Assembly: GCA_963827655.1 (NCBI GenBank)
Contig: CAWHCF010000040.1
Location: 10,472-74,471, forward strand
Length of the DNA stretch: 64,000 nucleotides
Source of the DNA: an uncultured Acidobacteriota bacterium
GTDB taxonomy: Bacteria; Acidobacteriota; UBA6911
Direction of reading: 5' to 3'
Below, piece by piece: positions 41,780 to 52,021 of the stretch. Numbering within the stretch: the stretch's first letter is position 1; each line of letters starts with the position of its first letter. The notes under the pieces are model-generated. The model made no database searches and was not told the origin of the DNA. It worked only from the letters and a program-made list of their open reading frames with translations. The position numbers and the translations under genes were made by a program.

Positions 41780-43333
41780 ATGACAGTTTCCAATAACACT
41801 CTGGTGGCGGCGATCGACATCGGATCGAGCGCCATTCGCATGGATGTGGCCGAGGCGCGGCCTGACGGGTCCCTCCACGTCCTCGACTCGTTGAAGAAGG
41901 GAGTTCAGCTCGGCAAGGACGCCTTCACAGAGGGTCATCTGAGCGAGGAGTCCATCCGGGCTGCCTGTGCCGCGCTGAAGGACTTCAAGAAGGTTCTCGA
42001 CAGCTACGGGGTGCTTCGATATCGAGCCGTTGCCACGAGTGCCGTCCGCGAGTCGAGCAACAGCGACACGTTCCTGGATCGAGTACTGATGAGCACGGGT
42101 CTCGACGTGCAGATCATCGACGGCTCTGAAGAAAACCGCCTCACCTACTCGGCGGTGCTCGAATCTCTCCGAGGAATGCCTGAGATCGAGAAGGAGCCGT
42201 CGCTGCTGGTAGAAATCGGCGGAGGGAGCGCCGACGTCACCCTGTTGAGCAAAGGGGAGCCGGTTCAATCGGGAACCTTTCCGCTGGGCTCCATACGCCT
42301 GCGCGCTTCCGTGGGTTCGCCCACCGGGACGCACGATCAGCAGGTCCGTCTGCTAAAACGCCACATTTCCAATGTGCTTACCAACGTCAAGCGGTCCATT
42401 GCCGTCAAAGAGGCGAGGCACTACATCGCAGTCGGAGGCGACGTGCGTTTTGCTGCGCGGGCCATCAAAGGCGCCACCGAAGACAGCCGGACCTGCATCG
42501 TGGCGCGAGACGCCTTCGCGGAATTCGTCGACTCGGTGACGCGCTTGACGGTCGATGCGCTCGTGCAGAAGCATGCGCTTTCCTACCTCGATGCCGAGAC
42601 TCTGGGGCCGGCTCTGTTGGCCTACCAGCTGCTGCTGAAGGAGACTGAGGCTCCGCAGGTGATCATCGCGGATGCAAATATCCGCGCCGGGATTCTGCAG
42701 GATCTGACTCCCGCGGAAACAGGGAAGCGACTGAAGAAGCTGGCCAATCAGATTCTCTCGGCTGCTCGAAGCCTGGGACGAAAGTACCAGTATGATGAAA
42801 ACCATGCTGAACGCGTTCGGGAGTTGGCCGAGCTTGTCTTTGACGAAGTCAAAGGCGAGCAGCGCTTGACCGACACGCATCGCCTTTACCTGCAGGTGGC
42901 GGCGCTGCTCCACGACATCGGGCTCTTTGTCAGCCCCAGGGCCCATCACAAGCATTCGCAGTATTTGATCGCGTCATCGGAACTCTTTGGACTGAGACAG
43001 CGCGAGCTCGAGATCATCGGCAACGTTGCCCGGTACCATCGCCGGGCGCTGCCGCAGCGGACCCATAGTTCCTTCGTTTCCCTGGAGCGCGATGAACGCG
43101 TCGTGGTCTCCAAGCTTTCCGCCATTGTCAGGGTTGCCAACGCCCTCGATAAAGGACACCTGCAAAAGGTGACGGATTTGCAGTTACTTCGTGAAGGGGA
43201 TCAGCTGGTTCTGGTCGCGCAGAACGTAACCGATCTGACCATGGAAAGAGTTGCTCTCGCAAGTCGCAGTGAACTCTTTGCCGAAGTCTTCGGCAAGAGG
43301 ATTGTCTTGCGGGAGGCGGCCAAAACCGCATGA
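41780..43333 (+). CDS. ppx: Second Ppx/GppA phosphatase with HD domain
   Basis: AIDIGSSA, ATSAVRES, EIGGGS, LHDIG. Confidence 0.88.
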   Translation: MTVSNNTLVAAIDIGSSAIRMDVAEARPDGSLHVLDSLKKGVQLGKDAFTEGHLSEESIRAACAALKDFKKVLDSYGVLRYRAVATSAVRESSNSDTFLDRVLMSTGLDVQIIDGSEENRLTYSAVLESLRGMPEIEKEPSLLVEIGGGSADVTLLSKGEPVQSGTFPLGSIRLRASVGSPTGTHDQQVRLLKRHISNVLTNVKRSIAVKEARHYIAVGGDVRFAARAIKGATEDSRTCIVARDAFAEFVDSVTRLTVDALVQKHALSYLDAETLGPALLAYQLLLKETEAPQVIIADANIRAGILQDLTPAETGKRLKKLANQILSAARSLGRKYQYDENHAERVRELAELVFDEVKGEQRLTDTHRLYLQVAALLHDIGLFVSPRAHHKHSQYLIASSELFGLRQRELEIIGNVARYHRRALPQRTHSSFVSLERDERVVVSKLSAIVRVANALDKGHLQKVTDLQLLREGDQLVLVAQNVTDLTMERVALASRSELFAEVFGKRIVLREAAKTA

Positions 43334-45450
43334 GCTCCCAGCAGCCCCAGGCTCGCTTGTTCCTGAACCGGGAACTAAGCTGGCTGGAGTTCAACAGCCG
43401 CGTTCTTGAAGAATCCCGCAATTCGAGAAACCCGCTTCTGGAGCGACTCCGCTTCTATTGCATCTTTCATTCCAATCTCGATGAGTTCTTCATGGTGCGA
43501 GTGGCTGCTCTAAGCCGCCAGATAAAGGAAGAGGACCATGCCTCGGATCCTGCCGGGTTCACCCCATACGAGCAGCGGGAGCGAATTCTTTCTCGTGTGC
43601 GAGATCTGGAGCACATGAGTTATGCGCTTTACAATACGAAGCTCCGTCGCGCCCTGGCTAAGGAAAAGATAAGGATCCTTCAGGTCGAGGAGCTCAATCC
43701 GGCGCAGCAGAGATACCTGGATGACTACTTCGATCAGCAAGTCTATCCGGTTCTGACCCCGCTGGCCATCGAGCAAAATCAGCCCTTCCCGCCGTTGCTC
43801 AGTCTTTCGGTGAACCTGGCGGTAAGGCTGATCTCCTTGAGGACGACTGACGAAGCCCCGCGGCTTGCCGTGGTTCAGGTGCCGGGAGGGTTGCCGGGGC
43901 TGTGCCGGCTCCCGCACGGAGAAGAGCTCGAGCTGTGCTGGCTCGCCGACGTGATCCGCCGAAGGCTGTCCGGGCTTTTTCCGGGTTACCAGATAGTCGA
44001 AGCCGCAGGATTCAGGCTTACTCGCGATTCCGAGCTGGAATTGGACGATGAAGGCCGCTATGACTACGTGCGCAACCTGGAATACGAATTGAAGAAGCGC
44101 CGTACTGCGGATCCTACGCGCCTGGAATTCCAGGAGCAAATGACGCCGGAGCTCCGGCGGCTTCTCCAGGAAGGGCTGGAGGTCGATGATTCCGCGATGT
44201 TGCCCGTAAAGAGGCCGCTCGATCCCCGTCCTCTTCTTTCCCTGGCGGACATGCCTGGTTACGACAAGTTACACTATCCGCCTCAACCTCCGATGATGCC
44301 GGCGGTCTTCGAACAGGAGCGGAACCTCTTCGATATCATAAGCGATGGCGATATTCTGCTCCATCACCCCTACGATTCTTTTGATCCGGTGGTCGAGTTT
44401 ATTCAATCTGCGGCCGAAGACCCGGATGTTTTGGCCATCAAACAGACACTCTACCGCACGAGCGGAAAGGGATCGCGCCTCCTTCGGTCTTTGGTTGCTG
44501 CGGCGGAGAACGGAAAGCAGGTAACTGTTCTGGTAGAACTGACGGCGCGTTTCGACGAAGAGCGCAACATCGATTGGGCAAGGGACCTCGAGGAGGCGGG
44601 GGCTCACGTGATCTACGGCCTGGCCCGCCTGAAAGTACACGCCAAGGTCGCTCTGGTCGTGCGTCGTGAGCCCGCCGGAATTCGCCGTTACTTGCATCTG
44701 GCGACTGGAAACTACAACGAACGCACGGCTCGATTCTATACCGACTTCGGCCTGCTCACGGCATCCGATGCGTTCGGTGCTGATGCCTCGGGTTTTTTCA
44801 ATTCCCTCACGGGTTACTCCGAGCCTCCTATGTTTCAGAGACTGGTCGTGGCACCCCTCGGACTTCGTGAGCGAATCGTCTCGCTGATTCGGAGGGAGGC
44901 TGATCGCGCCCGGTCCGGCCAGATTTCGGGCATTCTTGCCAAAATGAACTCTCTGGTCGATCCGGTGATCATTCAGGAACTGTCAGCCGCGAGCACGGCT
45001 GGAGTTTCTATTCGGTTGAACGTTCGTGGCATATGTTGCCTTCGACCCGGGTTGCCCGGCGTGAGCGAGCACATCCGAGTTATCTCGATTGTAGATCGAT
45101 ACCTTGAGCATGGCCGCGCTTTTGTGTTTCGCAACGGAGGTAACGCCGAAGTGTATCTTTCCAGCGCGGACTGGATGCCGCGTAACCTCGACCGTCGCAT
45201 CGAGCTGATGTTCCCTGTCCTGGATGAATCCGCCAAGAGAAAGGTGATCGAGGCCCTGGAGGCGCAGTTTGCCGACAATCAGAAAGCTCGTTTGTTACTC
45301 CAGGATGGCAGCTACCAGCGGATCACTCCGGGTCGATCCGACCCGGTCCGGGTCCAGGAATATCTTTACCGGCAACTTCTGGAAGAACGGGAGCGAACTC
45401 GAGCCGTGACTCCGGTCCGTTTTGTTCCGATCGAAGGATCGAGGACTTAA
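43330..45450 (+). CDS. ppk1: Polyphosphate kinase 1
   Basis: NRELSWLEFN, LLHHPYDSF, ARFDEE, KVHAK, SADWMPRNLDRR. Confidence 0.96.
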   Translation: MSSQQPQARLFLNRELSWLEFNSRVLEESRNSRNPLLERLRFYCIFHSNLDEFFMVRVAALSRQIKEEDHASDPAGFTPYEQRERILSRVRDLEHMSYALYNTKLRRALAKEKIRILQVEELNPAQQRYLDDYFDQQVYPVLTPLAIEQNQPFPPLLSLSVNLAVRLISLRTTDEAPRLAVVQVPGGLPGLCRLPHGEELELCWLADVIRRRLSGLFPGYQIVEAAGFRLTRDSELELDDEGRYDYVRNLEYELKKRRTADPTRLEFQEQMTPELRRLLQEGLEVDDSAMLPVKRPLDPRPLLSLADMPGYDKLHYPPQPPMMPAVFEQERNLFDIISDGDILLHHPYDSFDPVVEFIQSAAEDPDVLAIKQTLYRTSGKGSRLLRSLVAAAENGKQVTVLVELTARFDEERNIDWARDLEEAGAHVIYGLARLKVHAKVALVVRREPAGIRRYLHLATGNYNERTARFYTDFGLLTASDAFGADASGFFNSLTGYSEPPMFQRLVVAPLGLRERIVSLIRREADRARSGQISGILAKMNSLVDPVIIQELSAASTAGVSIRLNVRGICCLRPGLPGVSEHIRVISIVDRYLEHGRAFVFRNGGNAEVYLSSADWMPRNLDRRIELMFPVLDESAKRKVIEALEAQFADNQKARLLLQDGSYQRITPGRSDPVRVQEYLYRQLLEERERTRAVTPVRFVPIEGSRT

Positions 45451-45489
45451 CGATTTACGATTGACGATTTACGATTGACGATTGAATCG
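45451..45489. repeat. Heptamer repeats after ppk1, same unit sequence as at 38244
   Basis: GATTTAC GATTGAC GATTTAC GATTGAC GATTGAA. Confidence 0.85.
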
Positions 45490-45540
45490 CATTTGGGATG
45501 GGTCCTGCTCGTTTCACCTTGACCGGGCCATCCAGGTGCG

Positions 45541-45659
45541 CTAGTTCTGGCGTCTTTCCATCAGTAGCGCTCGCAGTTGCTCGTAGACGCTCCGCCGGGG
45601 ACCAACAAAGACGATATCAAGCGTGCTTCAGTTGTGTATCGAACCCGAAAGGTCTTCAC
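45541..45659 (-). pseudogene. RelE/ParE-family toxin remnant with a large internal deletion
   Basis: GTG start overlaps the antitoxin stop; MKTFRVRYTTEA is joined out of frame to LDIVFVGPRRSVYEQL. Confidence 0.6.
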
Positions 45660-45934
45660 ACGGGGCCACGACCAAACACGGCTTCATGGGTAACCCACTG
45701 TCCCGCCTCAGCCTGTTTCAGCGAGCGCCGAAGGGAGCGCATGGCTTGCCGGTCGCTTAGAATTTCGATTGTTTCCATGAGTCCTTCAAACTGATCTATG
45801 CTCAAGAGCACAGCCGCCGGCACACCGTCCCGGGTAATTGCCACAATCTCTTGTCTCGACTTCAGTCCGCGAATCAAATCGAGCAACCGGTTCTTTGCCT
45901 CCGTAACTGACACAAACCGATCCACGTGTGGCAT
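45656..45934 (-). CDS. Phd/YefM family antitoxin
   Basis: VSVTEAKNRL, ITRDGVPAAVLLS, ETIEILSD. Confidence 0.88.
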   Translation of the reverse strand: MPHVDRFVSVTEAKNRLLDLIRGLKSRQEIVAITRDGVPAAVLLSIDQFEGLMETIEILSDRQAMRSLRRSLKQAEAGQWVTHEAVFGRGPV

Positions 45935-46106
45935 CTCAATCTCCAATGGCTTTTTTGATGGTCATTATACTGGCCAGCGAGTGCTGACGCAAGGAACCGG
46001 AGGGAACAGGGCCCGATCCAGTTGCGGCGGTTCCGTCGCTTCGACTGGGGGGGCGGTGTGCTCAGGAAGGCTTTTTTGAGTCTTGGCGTCTTTGCGGTAG
46101 TTTTTG

Positions 46107-47168
46107 TCAGGGAATGATCGCGATCTTGATGTCGCCATTCCGGTTCAGCAGTCGTTCCAAAACGATGCGCAGCGCGGGGAGCCGCTCTTCGCCTGTAATG
46201 AATGTCCGGGCGCGAAACTCGCCGCGATGGATGGCTTCGAGCGCCTCGCGAATGTGACGCGGCGTGTGATGGAAGCTGGCTTTTATCGTGATCTCGGAAT
46301 AATGGATGAGGGTCGTGTCCAGCGGTATGTGCGTTCCCGAGGGGCAGCCGCCAAAGAGATTAATGGTACCTCCGCGCCGGACCATTCCCATGGCTTGCTG
46401 CCAGGTTTCGGTTGTGCCCACGGCCTCCACAACCACATCCGCGCCGCGCCGTCCGTTGGTAACGTTGCGGACCTGCTCCACGATATTACTGTTGGTAGAA
46501 TCCAGGACGTAGTCGGCCCCGATTGCTCCGGCCATCGCGAGTTGCTTCGCCCTTTTGCCTACCGCGATGACGGTCGTTCCCAGCTTCTTGAGCAACTGGA
46601 CGAACATGAGCCCAATAGGTCCCATGCCGATGACGACAACCGTGTCCCCCTCGATGATGGCGGTTTCTTCAATAGCGCGCAGAACGCAAGCTAATGGTTC
46701 TACCAGGGCCGCCTCTTGAAAACTCAACTTGTCCGGAAGAATAAGCAGATTCTGACGCACAATCCGTTCGGGAATTTTTATGAACTCGGCGTAGGCGCCA
46801 TTGATGAATTGGAGATCTTCACAGAGATTGGCCAGGTGTCGCTCGCAAAAAAAACACTGGTTACAGGGACCGGAATTCGCAGAAACCACGCGCATGCCTG
46901 GAGTGAAGCTATCGACTCCTTCTCCTATTTCTTCAATCACGCCGGCCAGTTCGTGCCCGAACACGGCCGGAGGGACGATCATGCGCGCATGGAATCCCTG
47001 GCGGTAGACCTTCAAGTCTGTGCCGCAGGTCAGGGCGGCTTTTATGCGCACCAGAACTTCGCCGGGGCCGATGCGGGGAATGGGGATTTGCTCGATCCGC
47101 ACATCTCGCTTCCCATAGAGCACGGCCGCGACCATTTTCTCTGTGGTGACCTTGATGAGATCTCTCAT
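46107..47168 (-). CDS. Zinc-binding alcohol dehydrogenase (MDR family)
   Basis: CGTD, GHE, CNQCFFC..C, GMGPIG. Confidence 0.9.
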   Translation of the reverse strand: MRDLIKVTTEKMVAAVLYGKRDVRIEQIPIPRIGPGEVLVRIKAALTCGTDLKVYRQGFHARMIVPPAVFGHELAGVIEEIGEGVDSFTPGMRVVSANSGPCNQCFFCERHLANLCEDLQFINGAYAEFIKIPERIVRQNLLILPDKLSFQEAALVEPLACVLRAIEETAIIEGDTVVVIGMGPIGLMFVQLLKKLGTTVIAVGKRAKQLAMAGAIGADYVLDSTNSNIVEQVRNVTNGRRGADVVVEAVGTTETWQQAMGMVRRGGTINLFGGCPSGTHIPLDTTLIHYSEITIKASFHHTPRHIREALEAIHRGEFRARTFITGEERLPALRIVLERLLNRNGDIKIAIIP

Positions 47169-48271
47169 GGGCGTATCATAACCTTCAGCGAGCCCTGGGA
47201 GGGGTGGGCCGCCAAATGGATACCTTCCAACACCCGGTCTAAGTCGAACCGGTGCGTCACGAGTCCTGCCACCTTTACAGTTCTCGAGAAGATGAGTTCG
47301 GCTGCCTTCGCTTGAAGCTCGATCGACGCGCTGTAGCTGCCGATCAGTTTTTTTTCTTCGACGCAGATCCGGGAAAGGTCCACCGGAATCGTCTCGCCGG
47401 GTATCGTTTGCGCGAAGAGGAGAACTCGCCCGCCGCGCCGAACCAGGCGTTGGGCCGAGCCGATGGCACCGGGGTCGGCGGTCGCCACGATGGCCAGATC
47501 CGCTCCGCGGCCGCCGGTCAGGTCTCCTATCTCGCGCTCGATGTTCGTCCGATCGGGGTTCAAAGCCAGTCGCGCGCCCAGCCGCCGCGACATCTCGAGT
47601 CTGGTCTCGAGAAGATCGAGCCCTATCACGTCGGCCCCTTCGCAGGCCGCCGCCTGCAGGAGAAGAAGCCCGATGGGTCCCTGACCCAGGATCGCCACGA
47701 CTTCTCCTCTTTCCATCTGTGCCGTTTCAAGAGCGCGGAGACATGTATTCAGGGGTTCGAGAAAGCTGGCTTCCTCGAACGTAACCTGGTCGGGTATCCG
47801 GACGGTCCCATCATTGACAATCCAGTCCATGACTCGGACGTACTCGGCGAATCCGCCGCCGGCGGGCTCAAAGCCCGCGGTTGTTCCCGTACGCCGGTAA
47901 AACTCGCATTGAGAATAGAGCCGCTTCCGGCAGTAGAAACATCGGCGGCACGGGATGTGGTGATGGACCGCAACACGATCTCCGGGAACGAATTGCGTTA
48001 CTCCTCTCCCGACGGAAACCACGGTTCCCGCGGTCTCGTGTCCGAAGATCCTTGGAGGCTGAACCAGGCCGTATTCAATCTTCTTGATGTCGGTGCCGCA
48101 CACTCCGCAAGTCTGGACCCGGACCAAAAGCTCTCCGTCACCGACCTCCGGTACAGGCACTCTCTCGAGCGCCAGCTGATTCTTTCCGCGATAGACGGCC
48201 GCCCGCATGTCTCCGGAAACGGAGAAGCTCTTTTCCTGGTGTTCGAGAATTGCGGCGTCCATTCGTTTCAT
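47165..48271 (-). CDS. Zinc-binding alcohol dehydrogenase (MDR family)
   Basis: GVCGTD, GHE, CRRCFYC..C, GQGPIG. Confidence 0.9.
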   Translation of the reverse strand: MKRMDAAILEHQEKSFSVSGDMRAAVYRGKNQLALERVPVPEVGDGELLVRVQTCGVCGTDIKKIEYGLVQPPRIFGHETAGTVVSVGRGVTQFVPGDRVAVHHHIPCRRCFYCRKRLYSQCEFYRRTGTTAGFEPAGGGFAEYVRVMDWIVNDGTVRIPDQVTFEEASFLEPLNTCLRALETAQMERGEVVAILGQGPIGLLLLQAAACEGADVIGLDLLETRLEMSRRLGARLALNPDRTNIEREIGDLTGGRGADLAIVATADPGAIGSAQRLVRRGGRVLLFAQTIPGETIPVDLSRICVEEKKLIGSYSASIELQAKAAELIFSRTVKVAGLVTHRFDLDRVLEGIHLAAHPSQGSLKVMIRP

Positions 48272-48342
48272 AAGACGAGCTAGGTTCGGTGTCTGTTCCG
48301 GGCGAGCTGCGTCGTGTCTCCTGGTCCTTGAGTCCTCAGCGG

Positions 48343-49384
48343 TTAAATGGTTTTCTCGCGCAAGTCGGAAATCCGGTCTTGAGCCGAGTCAGGTCTCCAA
48401 TGGTACCGAAAGTAGTCCACGGCTTCCCTGAGGGCTTGTTCCACGGGCCTTGGGCTGAAGCCAAGCTCCCGGCGGGCCTTCTCGCTGCTGACATACATTT
48501 TGTAGCGAGCCATCTTGACCCCTTCCAGCGGAATGATCGGTTCGCGTCGCAGGATGGTTCCCAGGACCAGGTTGTCCATCCAGCCTGCCATGAACGCGAC
48601 GATCCAGGGGATTTGGACTCGCGGCGTCCAACGGCCCGAGATATGAGCCAGGGCGTCGAGAATCTCCTCCACGCGCCAGTTTTCTCCGCCGAGAATGTAT
48701 CGTTCCCCAACCCGGCCTTTTTCTTCTGCAAGCAGGTGTCCGCGCGCTACGTCTTCTACTCCCACGATATTCAATCCGGTATCCACGTAAGCCGGCGCGC
48801 GTCCTTTGATGAAGTCGCGGATCATCTTTCCGATGGGCGTGGGCCTGATATCCCCCGCGCCCACCGGCGTGGTGGGGTTGACAACTATAACCGGAAGCCC
48901 TGAGACGGCAAATTCAAGCGCAACCTGCTCGGCGATGAATTTCGATCTTTCGTAATGACCGATCATGTCATCGAGAGCGATTGGACTGTTCTCGTCGGCG
49001 GGTTGGCGATTGTTGCGCGTCCCTATTGTGCCGGCCGTGCTGGTGTACACAACCTTTTCCACTCCGGGCCTCACAACAAGCCGAGAGCAGGTTTCGCGTG
49101 CCGGCCACGTTGCTGTCATAGATGTCCTGAGGATCCTTTGCCCAAAGACGGTAATCGGCGGCGACGTGATAAACGCGACGGCATCCCTGCACGCAGCGCA
49201 GAAGAGACATGGCATCCTTCAGGTCGCCGATGACGATCTCGCATTCCAACCCTTCGATATTCGCCTTGCGGCTCGAATTACGGGCCAGGATTCGGACCCG
49301 GTCACCGCGCAATCGAAGTAGCCGAACCACATGGCTGCCTAAGAACCCCGTTGCTCCGGTAACGAAAGTCAAGTTGTCTGCCAT
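48343..49384 (-). CDS. hpnA: Hopanoid-associated sugar epimerase (one extra base near 49068)
   Basis: VTGATGFLG, HVAADYRLW, YERSK, VNPTTPVGAGDIRPTP, AYVDTGLN. Confidence 0.8.
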
Positions 49385-49876
49385 GCCGCCATCCGGAAAG
49401 TATTGCCCGATTTTCGATTGAGACCCGACCGTCTCCTTGATTGCGGTCGCGTTTTCTCCGTCAGGGCCGCATCCTTTAGACGCGAGATTGCAGGGAAACC
49501 AGAGGAGAGCGCGTCCTCCGGATCCGCTTTTGCTTCGGTACGTAGCCTCTGATGGAGGCGGTCACAAGACTGGAGATTTCATTGATATGATTCACGCCCG
49601 TCACCAAACCGACTGCAATCCGCTTACTGCGCCCGCCGCAGGTATCGAACGTGCCACCCAAATGCGGATCTGCGAGTATATCCGAAATGACCGGGCTTTT
49701 CCACAATCGGACGGGGCACTTGAGCGTTTCGGGGAACCGTGCTCGTTCCCGTTCCCAGGGTCAAGTTCCTGGCGTTTCTTCCAGTCTTCGTGTCCTGGTG
49801 GTTGGGTTTTGTCCACCGGCACCTTACCACGAAGATTGCGAAGATACTAAGAAGGTGGGACTGGGAACGGCTTGGA

Positions 49877-50848
49877 TCATGCGCGCGTTTTTTCAGTCAC
49901 CCGGACAAGCTCGGGCGGGAGGGCGAATTCAACGTTCTCTACGATGCTCCCGACCGTTTCCACTCGAGGAAAGCCGATAGAGTTCAGGTAGCAGATCACG
50001 CGGTTAACCAGCTCTACGGGAGCCGAAGCGCCCGCGGTGAGACCGATCACCTGTACACCGGCTAACCATTTGTCCTGGATGTCTTCTATATCGTCGATCA
50101 AGTATGCCGGCACTCCCGCGCCCTCGGAAACTTCCGCCAGCCTGCAGGAGTTAGAGCTGTTAGCCGAGCCAACGACCAGGATGACGTCGGATCTCTGGGC
50201 CAGCTCGAGCACGGCGCGCTGTCGGTTCTGAGTTGCGTAACAGATGTCTTCGGAGGCCGGTCCCTGAATCAGAGGAAACCTTTCGCGCAAACGCTCGATG
50301 ATCTCGCGCGTATCGTCGAGGCTGAGGGTCGTCTGGGTTAGATAGGCAACCCGACTGGGGTCACGCACCTGAATTTTGTCGACTTCGCCGACATTCGCGA
50401 CGACGGTCATCGCGTGGGGGGCCTCGCCTGCCGTTCCAATCACTTCATCGTGATCCTGATGGCCGATCAGAATAATCGAGTAGTCTTCGCGAGCGTATTT
50501 TATGGCTTCGGAATGGACTTTGGTGACCAGAGGGCAAGTCGCATCCAAAACTCTAAGCTGCCGGGCGGCTGCAGCTTTTCTGACTTCAGGGGATACTCCG
50601 TGGGCGCTGAATATTACCCGGCTTCCGCGCGGGGCGTCATCGAGCTCTTCTATGAAGACAATCCCTTTAGCGCGCAGCTCGTTGACAACATACTTGTTGT
50701 GAACTATTTCGCGTCTCACGTAAAGAGGGGCGCCATAGACTTCGAGCGCCAGATTGACAATATCGATCGCTCGAACCACGCCGGCGCAGAACCCACGGGG
50801 AGTGGCCAGCAAAACGGTTCGTTCCAGCCCTGCTTCTCCAGTCTTCAT
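49877..50848 (-). CDS. ispH: 4-hydroxy-3-methylbut-2-enyl diphosphate reductase
   Basis: PRGFCAGV, SAHG, DATCPLV, QTTL, ICYATQNRQ, SSNS, TAGAS. Confidence 0.95.
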   Translation of the reverse strand: MKTGEAGLERTVLLATPRGFCAGVVRAIDIVNLALEVYGAPLYVRREIVHNKYVVNELRAKGIVFIEELDDAPRGSRVIFSAHGVSPEVRKAAAARQLRVLDATCPLVTKVHSEAIKYAREDYSIILIGHQDHDEVIGTAGEAPHAMTVVANVGEVDKIQVRDPSRVAYLTQTTLSLDDTREIIERLRERFPLIQGPASEDICYATQNRQRAVLELAQRSDVILVVGSANSSNSCRLAEVSEGAGVPAYLIDDIEDIQDKWLAGVQVIGLTAGASAPVELVNRVICYLNSIGFPRVETVGSIVENVEFALPPELVRVTEKTRA

Positions 50849-50965
50849 ATGAGCCAAATGATAGTCTTCGAACTTCACTGCTGGCAAGGGGTTTCGCCCT
50901 CCCCGGTTGCCGAGCGTCCAGCCGGCACGCGGAATGGTTTCGAAGACCGTGGCGACACCGCAAGA

Positions 50966-51868
50966 TCACGAAGCCTCGGTGCCGCGGTGTTGCAGAAGGG
51001 TAAGTAACGTAACCGAGGTTACCAGGATGATTCCGCCGAAAAGCTGCGAGAGCGTCAAGCGTATGTCGAGCAGAAGCCAGTTTGTGATAACAGCAGTAAC
51101 AGGAAAGGCAAGCTCACCGATGGAGGCCAACGATGCTTTCGTGGAATGCAGGCCAGCGTAGTAGAGGAGCAGGGCCGCGAGTCCGGGTACCAGGGCCATC
51201 GCTGCCAGGCTTGCGCCGGCGGAGAAATCGGCGGGCAGCGATTTTTGATCGGGATGCTGTAGCCAGAAAAGGGCTACCAGCGCAGGTAAGGCAATGACAA
51301 ACCTCAAGCTGGTAAGGACGAGCACAGGAAGCCTGGCGATAAGATATCTTCCGAAAACCGTGGACGTACCCCAAAGAGCCGCGGCGCCCAGGGCCGCAAT
51401 CAGATTCAGGGGCTCGTCGGGATTGATCGCGAAGCCGGACCGCCAATCAGGTACGGAGACCAAGTAAGCGCCGCAAAGTGCTGGAGGCAGCAGGCGCCAG
51501 AACCATATACCGGGACGCTCCTGCAAGAACCAGCGTGCCAGAAGCAGCGTGAATAAAGGCTGCGTCTTCTGGAGCAACACGGTCACGCTCGGGTTGCCAT
51601 GCTTGATTGAGAAGGTGAAAAGACTCGTGGCGGCTACGGACCCGCCCAGGGCTATGAAGACCAAACAGACCCACTCTTTGGGACTGAGGCCGATTATCTT
51701 TCGGCGAGAGCCGACGATTACCGGCAACACCACAATCGAAAGAATGCAGTGTTCCAGATAAACGATCGTGACAGGCGATAGACTGCGGGTCAGGGGGCGC
51801 CGGAAGAGGGAGTCTGTGCCCCAGAGCATGGAACCAAGGACTATGAGGAGAACGCCGTATTTTCTCAA
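50966..51868 (-). CDS. EamA/DMT family transporter
   Basis: About 10 TM helices in two EamA repeats; LWG motifs. Confidence 0.85.
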   Translation of the reverse strand: MRKYGVLLIVLGSMLWGTDSLFRRPLTRSLSPVTIVYLEHCILSIVVLPVIVGSRRKIIGLSPKEWVCLVFIALGGSVAATSLFTFSIKHGNPSVTVLLQKTQPLFTLLLARWFLQERPGIWFWRLLPPALCGAYLVSVPDWRSGFAINPDEPLNLIAALGAAALWGTSTVFGRYLIARLPVLVLTSLRFVIALPALVALFWLQHPDQKSLPADFSAGASLAAMALVPGLAALLLYYAGLHSTKASLASIGELAFPVTAVITNWLLLDIRLTLSQLFGGIILVTSVTLLTLLQHRGTEAS

Positions 51869-52021
51869 GCATCACCCGATCGAGAGTGGCAGATATTAGC
51901 ATAGCGGAGCCTCTGGATTTTCGCGGTTAGTGCCGCTCTTGCCGAAGAGAACCAGCGCGGAGACGCGACGACACGCGGAAAATCGCCGCCCTTGGGATTC
52001 GACCGGCGTTGACGGGGAGTG

